Below, piece by piece: positions 1-12,222 of a DNA stretch of 64,000 bases. Every line of letters starts with the position of its first letter. Within the stretch, counting starts at the first letter, position 1. Under the pieces are notes generated by a model. The model saw only the letters and a list, made by a program, of their open reading frames with translations. It had not been told where the DNA came from and did no database searches. The position numbers and the translations under genes are program-made. Source of the DNA: Ylistrum balloti (lineage: Eukaryota); assembly GCF_031769215.1 (NCBI RefSeq), contig NW_026783070.1:1-64000 (forward strand), read 5' to 3'.

Positions 1-3000
1 ACGTTGTACAGATCACATGAGCACAGTGATTATAGCTTGTAGAAACGTTGTACAGATCACCTGAGCATAGTGATTATAGCTTGTAGAAACTTTGTACAGA
101 TCACCTGAGCACAGTGATTATAGCTTGTAGAAACGTTGTACAGATCACATGAGCACAGTGATTATAGCTTGTAGAAACGTACAGATCACCTGAGCACAGT
201 GATTATAGCTTGTAGAAACGTTGTACAGATCACCTGAGCATAGTGATTATAGCTTGTAGAAACGTTGTACAGATCACCTGAGCACAGTGATTATAGCTTG
301 TAGAAACGTTGTACAGATCACCTGAGCACAGTGATTATAGCTTGTAGAAACGTTGTACAGATCACCTGAGCACAGTGATTATAGCTTGTAGAAACGTTGT
401 ACAGATCACCTGAGCACAGTGATTATAGCTTGTAGAAACGTTGTACAGATCACCTGAGCACAGTGATTATAGCTTGTAGAAACGTTGTACAGATCACCTG
501 AGCACAGTGATTATAGCTTGTAGAAACGTTGTACAGATCACCTGAGCACAGTGATTATAGCTTGTAGAAACGTTGTACAGATCACCTGAGCACAGTGATT
601 ATAGCTTGTAGAAACGTTGTACAGATCACCTGAGCACAGTGATTATAGCTTGTAATCCGGAAACGAAGAACAGATCACCTGAGCACAGTGATTATAGCTT
701 GTAGAAACGTTGTACAGATCACCTGAGCACAGTGATTATATAGATCTGAGCACAGTGATTATAGCTTGTAGAAACGTTGTACAGATCACCTGAGCACAGT
801 GATTATAGCTTGTAGAAACGTTGTACAGATCAGTGATTATAGCTTGTAGAAACGTTGTACCTGAGCACAGTGATTATAGCTTGTAGAAACGTTGTACAGA
901 TCACCTGAGCACAGTGATTATAGCTTGTAGAAACGTTGTACAGATCACCATGAGCACAGTGATTATAGCTTGTAGAAACGTTGTACAGATCACCTGAGCA
1001 CAGTGATTATAGCTTGTAGAAACGTTGTACAGATCACCTGAGCACAGTGATTATAGCTTGTAGAAACGTTGTACAGATCACCTGAGCACAGTGATTATAG
1101 CTTGTAGAAACGTTGTACAGGTCACCTGAGCACAGTGATTATAGCTTGTAGAAACGTTGTACAGATCACCTGAGCACAGTGATTATAGCTTGTAGAAACG
1201 TTGTACAGATCACATGAGCACAGTGATTATAGCTTGTAGAAACGTTGTACAGATCACCTGAGCACAGTGATTATAGCTTGTAGAAACGTTGTACAGATCA
1301 CCTGAGCACAGTGATTATAGCTTGTAGAAACGTTGTACAGATCACCTGAGCACAGTGATTATAGCTTGTAGAAACGTTGTACAGATCACCTGAGCACAGT
1401 GATTCTAGCTTGTAATCCGGAAACGTACAGATCACCTGAGCACAGTGATTATAGCTTGTTGTACAGATCACCTGAGCACAGTGATTATAGCTTGTAGAAA
1501 CGTTGTACAGATCACCTGAGCACAGTGATTATAGCTTGTAGAAACGTTGTACAGATCACCTGAGCACAGTGATTATAGCTTGTAGAAACGTTGTACAGAT
1601 CACCTGAGCACAGTGATTATAGCTTGTAGAAACGTTGTACAGATCACCTGAGCACAGTGATTATAGCTTGTAGAAACGTTGTACAGATCACATGAGCACA
1701 GTGATTATAGCTTGTAGAAACGTTGTACAGATCACCTGAGCACAGTGATTATAGCTTGTAGAAACGTTGTACAGATCACATGAGCACAGTGATTATAGCT
1801 TGTAGAAACGTTGTACAGATCACCTGAGCACAGTGATTATAGCTTGTAGAAACGTTGTACAGATCACCTGAGCACAGTGATTATAGCTTGTTTTCAGTAT
1901 TGTTCTCTCACTACAACTGAGCACAGTGATTATAGCTTGTAGAAACTTTGTACAGATCACCTGAGCACAGTGATTATAGCTTGTAGAAACGTTGTACAGA
2001 TCACCTGAGCACAGTGATTATAGCTTGTAGAAACGTTGTACAGATCACCTGAGCACAGTGATTATAGCTTGTAGAAACGTTGTACAGATCACCTGAGCAC
2101 AGTGATTATAGCTTGTAGAAACGTTGTACAGATCACCTGAGCACAGTGATTATAGCTTGTAGAAACGTTGTACAGATCACCTGAGCACAGTGATTATAGC
2201 TTGTAGAAACGTTGTACAGATCACCTGAGCACAGTGATTATAGCTTGTAGAAACGCTGTACAGATCACCTGAGCACAGTGATTATAGCTTGTAGAAACGT
2301 TGTACAGATCACCTGAGCACAGTGATTATAGCTTGTAGAAACGTTGTACAGATCACCTGAGCACAGTGATTATAGCTTGTAGAAACGTTGTACAGATCAC
2401 CTGAGCACAGTGATTATAGCTTGTAATCCGGAAACGTACAGATCACCTGAGCACAGTGATTATAGCTTGTAGAAACGTTGTACAGATCACCTGAGCACAG
2501 TGATTATAGCTTGTAGAAACGTTGTACAGATCACCTGAGCACAGTGATTATAGCTTGTAGAAACGTTGTACAGATCACCTGAGCACAGTGATTATAGCTT
2601 GTAGAAACGTTGTACAGATCACCTGAGCACAGTGATTATAGCTTGTAGAAACGTTGTACAGATCACCTGAGCACAGTGATTATAGCTTGTAGAAACGTTG
2701 TACAGATCACCTGAGCACAGTGATTATAGCTTGTAGAAACGTTGTACAGATCACCTGAGCACAGTGATTATAGCTTGTAGAAACGTTGTACAGATCACCT
2801 GAGCACAGTGATTATAGCTTGTAGAAACGTTGTACAGATCACATGAGCACAGTGATTATAGCTTGTAGAAACGTTGTACAGATCACCTGAGCACAGTGAT
2901 TATAGCTTGTAGAAACGTTGTACAGATCACCTGAGCACAGTGATTATATTGTACAGATCACCTGAGCACAGTGATTATAGCTTGTAGAAACGTTGTACAG

Positions 3001-5482
3001 ATCACCTGAGCACAGTGATTATAGCTTGTAGAAACGTTGTACAGATCACCTGAGCACAGTGATTATAGCTTGTAGAAACGTTGTACAGATCACCTGAGCA
3101 CAGTGATTATAGCTTGTAGAAACGTTGTACAGATCACCTGAGCACAGTGATTATAGCTTGTAGAAACGTTGTACAGATCACCTGAGCACAGTGATTATAG
3201 AAACTTTGTACAGATCACCTGAGCACAGTGATTATAGCTTGTAGAAACGTTGTACAGATCACCTGAGCACAGTGATTATAGCTTGTAGAAACGTTGTACA
3301 GATCACCTGAGCACAGTGATTATAGCTTGTAGAAACGTTGTACAGATCACCTGAGCACAGTGATTATAGCTTGTAGAAACGTTGTACAGATCACCTGAGC
3401 ACAGTGATTATAGCTTGTAGAAACGTTGTACAGATCACCTGAGCACAGTGATTATAGCTTGTAGAAACGTTGTACAGATCACCTGAGCACAGTGATTATA
3501 GCTTGTAGAAACGTTGTACAGATCACCTGAGCACAGTGATTATAGCTTGTAGAAACGTTGTACAGATCACCTGAGCACAGTGATTATAGCTTGTAGAAAC
3601 GTTGTACAGATCACCTGAGCACAGTGATTATAGCTTGTAGAAACGTTGTACAGATCACCTGAGCACAGTGATTATAGCTTGTAGAAACGTTGTACAGATC
3701 ACCTGAGCACAGTGATTATAGCTTGTAGAAACGTTGTACAGATCACCTGAGCACAGTGATTATAGCTTGTAGTAACGTTGTACAGATCACCTGAGCACAG
3801 TGATTATAGCTTGTACAGAAAGCACGTTAGAAACGTTGTACAGATCACCTGAGCACAGTGATTATAGCTTGTAGAAACGTTGTACAGATCACCTGAGCAC
3901 AGTGATTATTATAGCTTGTAGAAACGTTGTACAGATCACCTGAGCACAGTGATTATAGCTTGTAGAAACGTTGTACAGATCACCTGAGCACAGTGATTAT
4001 AGCTTGTAGAAACGTTGTACAGATCACCTGAGCACAGTGATTATAGCTTGTAGAAACGTTGTACAGATCACCTGAGCACAGTGATTATAGCTTGTAGAAA
4101 ACGTGAGCACAGTGATTGTACAGATCACCTCAGCACAATGATTATAGCTTGTAGAAACTTTGTACAGATCACCTCAGCACAGTGATTATAGCTTGCAGAA
4201 ACGTTGTACAGATCGCATGAGCACAGTGATTATAGCTTGTAGAAACGTTGTACAGATCACCTGAGCACAGTGATTATAGCTTGTAGAAACGTTGTACAGA
4301 TCACCTGAGCACAGTGATTATAGCTTGTAGAAACGTTGTACAGATCACCTGAGCACAGTGATTATAGCTTGTAGAAACGTTGAGCACAGTGATTATAGCT
4401 TGTATAAACGTTGTTCAGATCACCTGATCACAGTGATTATAGCTTGTAGAAACGTTGTACAGATCACCTGAGCACAGTGATTATAGCTTGTAGAAACGTT
4501 GTACAGATCACCTGAGCACAGTGATTATAGCTTGTAGAAACGTTGTACAGATCACCTGAGCACAGTGATTATAGCTTGTAGAAACGTTGTACAGATCACC
4601 TGAACACAGTGATTATAGCTTGTAGAAACCTTGTACAGATCACCTGAGCACAGTGATTATAGCTTGTAGAAACGTTGTACAGATCACCTGAGCACAGTGA
4701 TTATAGCTTGTAGAAACGTTGTACAGATCACCTGAGCACAGTGATTATAGCTTGTAGAAACGTTGTACAGATCACCTCAGCACAGTGATTATAGCTTGTA
4801 GAAACGTTGTACAGATCACCTGAGCACAGTGATTATAGCTTGTAGAAACGTTGTACAGATCACCTGAGCACAGTGATTATAGCTTGTAGAAACGTTGTAC
4901 AGATCACCTGAGCACAGTGATTATAGCTTGTAGAAACGTTGTACAGATCACCTCAGCACAGTGATTATAGCTTGTAGAAACGTTGTACAGATCACCTGAG
5001 CACAGTGATTATAGCTTGTAGAAACGTTGTACAGATCACCTGAGCACAGTGATTATAGCTTGTAGAAACGTTGTACAGATCACCTGAGCACAGTGATTAT
5101 AGCTTGTAGAAACGTTGTACAGATCACCTGAGCACAGTGATTATAGCTTGTAGAAACGTTGTACAGATCACCTGAGCACAGTGATTATAGCTTGTAGAAA
5201 CTTTGTACAGATCACCTGAGCACAGTGATTATAGCTTGTAGAAACGTTGTACAGATCACCTGAGCACAGTGATTATAGCTTGTAGAAACGTTGTACAGAT
5301 CACCTGAGCACAGTGATTATAGCTTGTAGAAACGTTGTACAGATCACCTGAGCACAGTGATTATAGCTTGTAGAAACGTTGTACAGATCACCTGAGCACA
5401 GTGATTATAGCTTGTAGAAACTTTGTACAGATCACCTGAACACAGTGATTATAGCTTGTAATCCGGAAACGTTGTACAGATC
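1..5482. repeat. 44-bp tandem satellite, ~124 copies, truncated by window start
   Basis: Unit ACGTTGTACAGATCACCTGAGCACAGTGATTATAGCTTGTAGAA repeats head-to-tail with few variants. Confidence 0.98.
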
Positions 5483-5519
5483 AGTGGAATAGATCAAAGG
5501 AAAACCTAGTGGTAGATGC

Positions 5520-6770
5520 AGTATATAGAAGTAAGGTTATAATCTGTGTTTTGAAGATGTCGGTCATGGCGGCTATGTTTGATTTCGAACAAAACCTACA
5601 ATAACCAACACTTTGTTAGAACTACATTGCATTGCAGGATAAATTCAGGCAACTTCAGCTCAATCCCAGTGACGGAACTCGAGAGGTTTGAAAGAGTTCA
5701 GGAAAACGATAGTAGCACAATCATTTGACAAATGGCAGCCGAGACTGTCATATCAAATTTTCGATAAGACCAAACAATAACTCTGTGTTGGCTTCCATTC
5801 CTTAACATCATCACCTATATTCAGCTAATTGGCACTTGAACTTGAAACGTTTGAAGTGTTTTTAAGGACGATGGCCATGGCGTCTATACTGGATTTTAGA
5901 CTGGCTCAAATGTTAATAGGTCAGAGCCACCTTAGGGTTGAGCTGAATCCCACGGGTGAAATCCGATAAGTTTGAATAGGTTTTGTTTAGGAAAACCATG
6001 GTTGCACAACTATATTACAAAATGGCCGCCGTGATGATCCTGTATACGTTTCAAGGAAGCCGAAACGTAACTGCAGTTTCTCCGCTTCCTTTCCTTAACA
6101 TCCCCACCAATTTTTAAATCAATGGTACCAGTGAAACTTGAGAAGCTAAAATATGTTAAGGATGGCCGCCATACTGGATTTCGAACCGACCCGAAAAATA
6201 ACACTTCGTAGGGACCATCGCGGAATCATTTCTTGCAAGTGTTCGTGAAGACCACAAGTAGAACTTAAGAAGTTTAGAATATAAAAAGTTTACGTACAAC
6301 GACGAACGAAACCCGATGGCTATATGTCACCATGGCCGTTCACGAAACCCGATGGCTATATGTCACCATGGTCGTTCACGAAAACCGATGGCTATATGTC
6401 ACCATGGTCGTTCACGAAACCCGATGGCTATATGTCACCATGGCCGTTCACGAAACCCGATGGCTATATGTCACCATGGTCGTTCACGAAACCCGATGGC
6501 TATGTGTCACCATGGCCGTTCACGAAACCCGATGGCTATATGTCACCATGGCCGTTCACGAAACCCGATGGCTATGTGTCACCATGGCCGTTCACGAAAA
6601 CCGATGGCTATGTGTCACCATGGCCGTTCACGAAACCCGATGGCTATATGTCACCATGGCCGTTCACGAAACCCGATGGCTATATGTCACCATGGCCGTT
6701 CACGAAACCCGATGGCTATATGTCACCATGGCCGTTCTTGTCAAATGGCCTTTAACCCAACTTAAGAGTG
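5520..6770. mobile_element. Possible degenerate non-autonomous Helentron-associated (HINE-like) element
   Basis: Recurrent degenerate ATGGC(C/G)GCCAT...GGATTT motifs (~5565, 5870, 6020, 6160), then a GACGAACG microsatellite-like stretch and a GATGGCTATATGTCACC sub-terminal-like motif. The class is inferred from recalled mollusc repeat structure only. Confidence 0.3.
6307..6736. repeat. 36-bp minisatellite, ~12 copies
   Basis: Unit CCCGATGGCTATATGTCACCATGGCCGTTCACGAAA; it explains the three overlapping repetitive ORFs. Confidence 0.97.
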
Positions 6771-6796
6771 AAAAAATAATGAGAGGAGAACGTGTT

Positions 6797-6965
6797 CAAA
6801 AAGAGCTAGCCAAATATAGATAAAATAATTTCAAGGTAGGAAGTGTTGTAAAAGAGCAAGCTAAATACAGATAAAAACATTTCAAGGTAGAAGGTGTTGT
6901 AAAAGAGCAAGCTAAATATAGATAAAAACATTTCAAGGTAGAAAGTGTTGTAAAAGAGCAAGCTA
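6797..6965. repeat. 51-bp tandem repeat, ~3 copies
   Basis: AAAAGAGCAAGCTAAATATAGATAAAAACATTTCAAGGTAGAAAGTGTTGT repeated. Confidence 0.85.
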
Positions 6966-7190
6966 CATCCAATAAAGGAGTTATCACTATATCGGTGTGA
7001 ATTTGGGCAGTCTCAATTAGCAGGCTTTGATATGGTGTGATAAAATTTGGAATAAATAAGTGACTATCGTCTACTATCTACTTTTCCTGGAGTACATTAT
7101 ACTATGTCTCCTGTTCCCCATTTTTCTGTTTGATGATTAAAAAGGTCACGCTTTCAATGAAATACGCGACTAATATATATTTATCTTAAA

Positions 7191-7303
7191 TCTTGTTTTT
7201 ATATATTTGGTACTTGTTATACAATGATAGCCTTGATAATTCAAGCAGTCAGGTTCATGATGCTAACACTATTCACTGTGACATACAAGACACTACAAGT
7301 ACT
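7191..7303 (+). pseudogene. Orphan fragment of the nAChR-like gene 3' end (last codons, stop, 3' UTR, first minisatellite unit)
   Basis: Near-identical to 8781-8893 (TCTTGTTTTTATATATTTGGTACTTGTTATACAATGATAG...CACTGTGACATAC). Confidence 0.85.
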
Positions 7304-7620
7304 ATCATCTTTCCAGGAGTACATTATACTATGTCTCCTGTTCCCCATTGTTCTGTTTGATGATTGAAAAGGTCACGCTTTCATTGAAATACGCGACTAA
7401 TATATCAATGTTCAACAGCAAATGCTGTTTATCTACGAATCCCTACATCGACCACACAATAGTATTAAGCGGTCACTGTGTACCATCACACAAAGGCCAC
7501 TTCACCTTTCCTGGGCATTGTCAAACACTCCTTTAACTGCTCTTGCTATGTTTTATATATTCTGTGTTTGGAGTATAACGTTATTGGTGGTAGAACTACA
7601 ACTGTGAATAAAAACTAGAA

Positions 7621-8817
7621 ATGTGTAGAACATCGGCCATACTACCGCTCGGAATATTAACTCTTGTTGTTCTCTCTAGTGCCTACGTACAAAATACTCA
7701 CGAGTTGTATACGACGCTTTTTGAGAACTACACGAACATATTGAGGCCTGTGCAAAACGAACAAGAAACTGTTCGAGTTTCTGTTAAATTTCTTCTTCGA
7801 GGAATTAGCGAATTTGACGAAGTGCGTGGCCAGTTGTCATTGGCTACTGCTGTGGACTTACGGTGGCGGGACACAACTCTAAGCTGGAATAGGACAGAAT
7901 ACAGTCCGCGCGTTCTGGTCCTGCCCGAAACACAAATTTGGACACCACGATTAGCTCTGTCCAATCCCACTAACCGAATACTTCTATTCTTTGAAGACTC
8001 GTTTCCAGTTCGGTTATATTCGGATGGCTCCGTGATTTGGGTGCAAGGCGGTACTATTATTTCTACCTGTGTGCCCAATGTGGAGAAGTACCCTTTCGAT
8101 GTTCACAAATGTTACTTGGTTATACTAGTAATACCTTACACCCGTGCTGAGGTCCAACTTTACCCGTCAATCGGTCTGTCCACCTTCGAGAAGTTTGGTG
8201 AGTGGGAGCTCGGTAATAATAGTATCGAAGAACAATTATATGGCGGATTTTTCTCCTCTATTGTGATTAGTTTAGAAATCAAAAGGAGACCGGAATTTTC
8301 TCTCTTAAGCACAATCTTGCCTATACTGTTCCTAGGTGTTCTCAACGCTTGTGTGTTCCTTCTACCACCAGAGCAAGGGGAGCGCGTGTCCTATGCCCTC
8401 ACTGTCCTTCTATCCTTTGCGGTCTTTCTGTCCATTATCAGTAGTGTCATGCCAAAGAACTCCGAGCCTGTACCTATTCTATGTTATATCATCACTGCCA
8501 TGATGGCCATGAGTGGACTCAGCACTATATGTACTGTATTGTGTCTCCGCTGGTACTTCGCCGATCAGAAACAATCAGTTCCTTATCTACTGACCATAAT
8601 GTGCCGAAAACGGAAAGGAAAACGGAGACACCAGAATTGTGACATTACCAGTGACACGGCACCTCACAAAGAGAACCAAACAGAGTCAACACAACTCGGG
8701 GAATGTCGAGTCACGTGGAGGGACGTGTCTGCGACCTTTGATATTGTATGTTTTGTTTTTTACTTAGTAGTGGTTTTTGTTCTTGTTTTTATATATTTGG
8801 TACTTGTTATACAATGA
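7621..8817 (+). CDS. Intronless Cys-loop ligand-gated ion channel subunit (divergent nAChR-like, non-alpha), copy 1, 398 aa
   Basis: Signal peptide, LRPV motif, IWTP motif, Cys-loop CVPNVEKYPFDVHKC, KRRP pre-M1, four TM helices, M2 GERVSYALTVLLSFAVFL; no vicinal Cys pair. Confidence 0.95.
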   Translation: MCRTSAILPLGILTLVVLSSAYVQNTHELYTTLFENYTNILRPVQNEQETVRVSVKFLLRGISEFDEVRGQLSLATAVDLRWRDTTLSWNRTEYSPRVLVLPETQIWTPRLALSNPTNRILLFFEDSFPVRLYSDGSVIWVQGGTIISTCVPNVEKYPFDVHKCYLVILVIPYTRAEVQLYPSIGLSTFEKFGEWELGNNSIEEQLYGGFFSSIVISLEIKRRPEFSLLSTILPILFLGVLNACVFLLPPEQGERVSYALTVLLSFAVFLSIISSVMPKNSEPVPILCYIITAMMAMSGLSTICTVLCLRWYFADQKQSVPYLLTIMCRKRKGKRRHQNCDITSDTAPHKENQTESTQLGECRVTWRDVSATFDIVCFVFYLVVVFVLVFIYLVLVIQ

Positions 8818-8863
8818 TAGCCTTGATAATACAAGCAGTCAGGTTCATGGTGCTAACCCTATT

Positions 8864-9345
8864 CACTGTGACATACTAGACACTACAATTACTCAGGTAC
8901 ACCGGCTTACACCAATCACTGTGACATACTAGACACTACAAGTATCCAGGTACACCGGCTTACACCAATCACTGTGACATACTAGACACTACAATTACCC
9001 AGGTACACCCACCGTCTTACACCAATCACTCTGACATACTAGACACTGCAAGTACTCCGGTACACCGTCTTACACCAACCACTGTGACATACTAGACACT
9101 ACAAGTACGCAGGTACACCGTCTTACACCAATCACTGTGACATACTAGACACTACAAGTACCCAGGTACACCGTCTTACACCAATCACTCTGACATACTA
9201 GACACTACAAGTACGCAGGTACACCGTTTTTCACCAATCACTGTGACATACTAGACACTACAATTACTCAGTTACACCGTCTTACACCAATCACTGTGAC
9301 ATACTAGACAATACAAGTACTAAGGTACTCTGCCTAACACCAATC
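8864..9345. repeat. 53-bp minisatellite downstream of nAChR-like copy 1, ~9 copies
   Basis: Unit CACTGTGACATACTAGACACTACAAGTACTCAGGTACACCGTCTTACACCAAT; the same family lies at 31680-33125. Confidence 0.95.
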
Positions 9346-9495
9346 ATTGTGTACTTGATATTTTAGGTAGTCACGTGCACCGCCTTACACCAATCATTGT
9401 ATATTTAATATTATAGGTAGTCACGTGCACCGCCTAACACCAATCATTGTATATTTAATATTATAGGTAGTCACGTGCACCGCCTAAAACCAATT
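9345..9495. repeat. 50-bp tandem repeat, ~3 copies
   Basis: CAATCATTGTATATTTAATATTATAGGTAGTCACGTGCACCGCCTAACAC repeated. Confidence 0.8.
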
Positions 9496-9635
9496 ACCGC
9501 TATACAAGAAATAAACAGAGAGTCTGGCACACCATATTAACATCAGTAATTGTGATATATTAGACATTACTGATGTAACCAATCACACACCGTGTAGTGT
9601 TTCAATTATTTATCAGTCAAGTGTGGCCTTCAATA

Positions 9636-10810
9636 TATTTACTTATGTATGCAGATGACATGGTTACTTTATCTGAAACACCCGATGACTTATGAAAATG
9701 TTAGATTCATTTGCAGAGTATAGCAGAAAATGGAGTTATATTAGTAGGACCAAAAATAGTCATCTTTACGAATGGTGGTTTAATATGTCCGACCGAGAAA
9801 TGGTTTTACGATAATAAGGATATTGAAATAGTCGGTGATTTTAATTTCTTTAAATTTAAATGGAAATTTATAAAAAAAAAAAAAACTCAAAATAAACTTG
9901 CAGGACACGGTCGAAAAACATTATACGCGGTGAATAATGTTTGTAGAAAGAATGTTTTTAATATTGAATCTCGTCTTGCTGTTTTTGACACTTATGTAAA
10001 TAGTATTTTAATGTATGGTTCTGAAATCTGGGGTTACCACAAAGCTCCAGATATTGAAAAACGCCGTATCTCATTTCTTAAGCCATCAATAAGAATACGA
10101 CAAACAACAAATACTGCCTTTTTTTAGACACTGAGTGGGCAATATTTCCCTTGGAAATGTTCAGAAAAATAAAAAAAAAAAAATCAAATATTGGCTAAAC
10201 CTGAAATGTTCTAATAATTGTGTACTCCAATAGTGTTATGATGATATGGTGGAAAACAATGACCCTTGGATCCTTAATTTAAAACGTGACTTTTCAACTG
10301 TCGGCCTTGAACACATGTTTGAAGATACCAATAACAGTTCTGCTAGATTTCATAGTTATTTTTATAAACAACGTTTATTTGACAATTTTCATCAAGAATG
10401 TCTTACGAAAGCTAATTCTTCATCCACAGGATTTCTTTACCAACATCTGGTTGAAAGTATTAAACTACAGTCATACCTATATATGCCAGTGAATTTAATT
10501 CTCAGAAAATTATTTACAAGATCCTACATGATTAAGCAATTGAACGTGGGCGATACAGTGACGTACCAAGGGAAAAAGAAAGTATATTTTATGTAAATAG
10601 AACCATATAGAAGACAAATATCATTTTATTATTGATGTACGTGTTCTGCAGATATTCATGGCAATTTTATGAAGCCACAATAGCTTAATAAGCCTAGTAT
10701 GTTTAAATTCATTCAGTTACTCAATGTCGAAAATACAGAACTTTATAATTCAGGAAAGTATCTAACATCAGCAAATGAACGTAGGAAAGATTTATTGTCA
10801 CAATTTAATT
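9636..10810 (+). mobile_element. 5'-truncated, frameshifted non-LTR retrotransposon (LINE) ORF2 fragment: RT YADD motif and C-terminal region
   Basis: LLMYADDMV at 9639-9665, then KIVIF...WFYDNKDIEIV and FDTYVNSILMYGSEIWGYHKAPDIEK; multiple stops and frameshifts. Confidence 0.85.
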
Positions 10811-10979
10811 AGTATTTTCGTGGTTTCCTCCAAAAATATTATACCAACATTAAGAATGATAAAATAGTGTGTTTGATGGTAAGAGTGTGAGTGTCTTTGT
10901 CCTTTTACCTGTTACTTATCCAATAAGTTGTATAACTTACGGAAATTATTTGAATTGAAAAGTGTACCTCTACCGTATC

Positions 10980-11142
10980 GATCAGTCAAGTGTGACCATT
11001 GATGTACCGTGTACCGTCTCCTGTATAAATCAGTCAAGTGTGACCATTGATGCACTGTGTACCGTCTCCTATATAAATCAGTCAAGTGTGACCATTGATG
11101 CACTGTGTACCGTCTCCTATATAAATCAGTCAAGTGTGACCT
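10980..11142. repeat. 48-bp tandem repeat, ~3.3 copies
   Basis: ATCAGTCAAGTGTGACCATTGATGCACTGTGTACCGTCTCCTATATAA repeated. Confidence 0.9.
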
Positions 11143-11619
11143 ATAAATCTTTTAAACTTTGAAACAGATTATATTTGTAAAACAAATGCTGATCGATTTC
11201 GGGTTAAGTCATATTTGTTCTTTTCAAAATATAACTACTATGAACAAAACAGATTTACATTCTCTTTCTAAAAAACCAAGATGGCTGCCAGAGAATACAG
11301 TCATCGTGAACAAAGCATCATGGAAACGAAGTTATAAGAAACATTCTACTTGCCGAACTTTTCTAGATTGTTATCTCGTAATCTTGAGAAATATAAGTCT
11401 ACTTTCTCTTGATTAAAATACTCTTGGGATTCTCAGGACTAGGTGGATCAACAGGAGCAGAAGGAAACCATCCCATAATACAAACCTCTTTCAAGATGAC
11501 GTTGTGAAAACTAACCTGACAGTCTAAATACACACGTTACAAGCATGCCAGAACTCCGTAACGTCATTAGAATTAACTGACAGTCCAAATACACCATCTC
11601 AGGTAACATCATCCAAGGA

Positions 11620-12222
11620 GTCAGTTATCTCAAGTAACATCCTCCCAGGAAGACCACTATCTCGGGTAACATCCTCTCAGGAAGACCACGATCTCGGGTA
11701 ACATCCTCTCAGGAAGACCACGATATCGGGTAACATCCTCTCAGGAAGACCACTATCTCGGGTAACATCCTCTCAGGAAGACCACTATCTCGGGTAACAT
11801 CCTCTCGAGAAGACCACGATCTCGGGTAACATCCTCTCAGGAAGACCACGATCTCGGGTAACATCCTCTCAGGAAGACCACGATATCTGGTAAAATCCTC
11901 TCAGGAAGACCAGGGTCATGGGTAAATTCCTTTCAGGAAGACCAGGGTCATGGGTAAATTCCTTTCAGGAAGACCAGGGTCATGGGTAACATCCTCTCAG
12001 GAAGACCACTATTTCGGGTAACATCCTCCCAGGAAGACCAGGATTTTTGGTAACATCCTCACAGGAAGACCGCTATCTTGGGTAACATCCTCTCAGGAAG
12101 ACCACTCTCTCGGGTTCATCCGCTCAGGAAGACCACTCTCTCGGGTTCATTCCTCAGGAAGACCAGTGTCATGGGTAACATCCTCTTAGGTCTTCGCTAC
12201 CTCGGGTTCATCCTCTCAGGAC
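11620..12222. repeat. 32-bp minisatellite, ~18 copies
   Basis: Unit CTCAGGAAGACCACGATCTCGGGTAACATCCT with variants. Confidence 0.95.

Noticed and set aside
6316-6823. Three overlapping repetitive ORFs (149, 143, 163 aa)
   Set aside because: By-product of a stop-free 36-bp unit; no unique coding context.
7728-8345. Antisense ORFs over the nAChR-like genes (also 30544-31161)
   Set aside because: Shadow ORFs of a real coding strand; no independent features.
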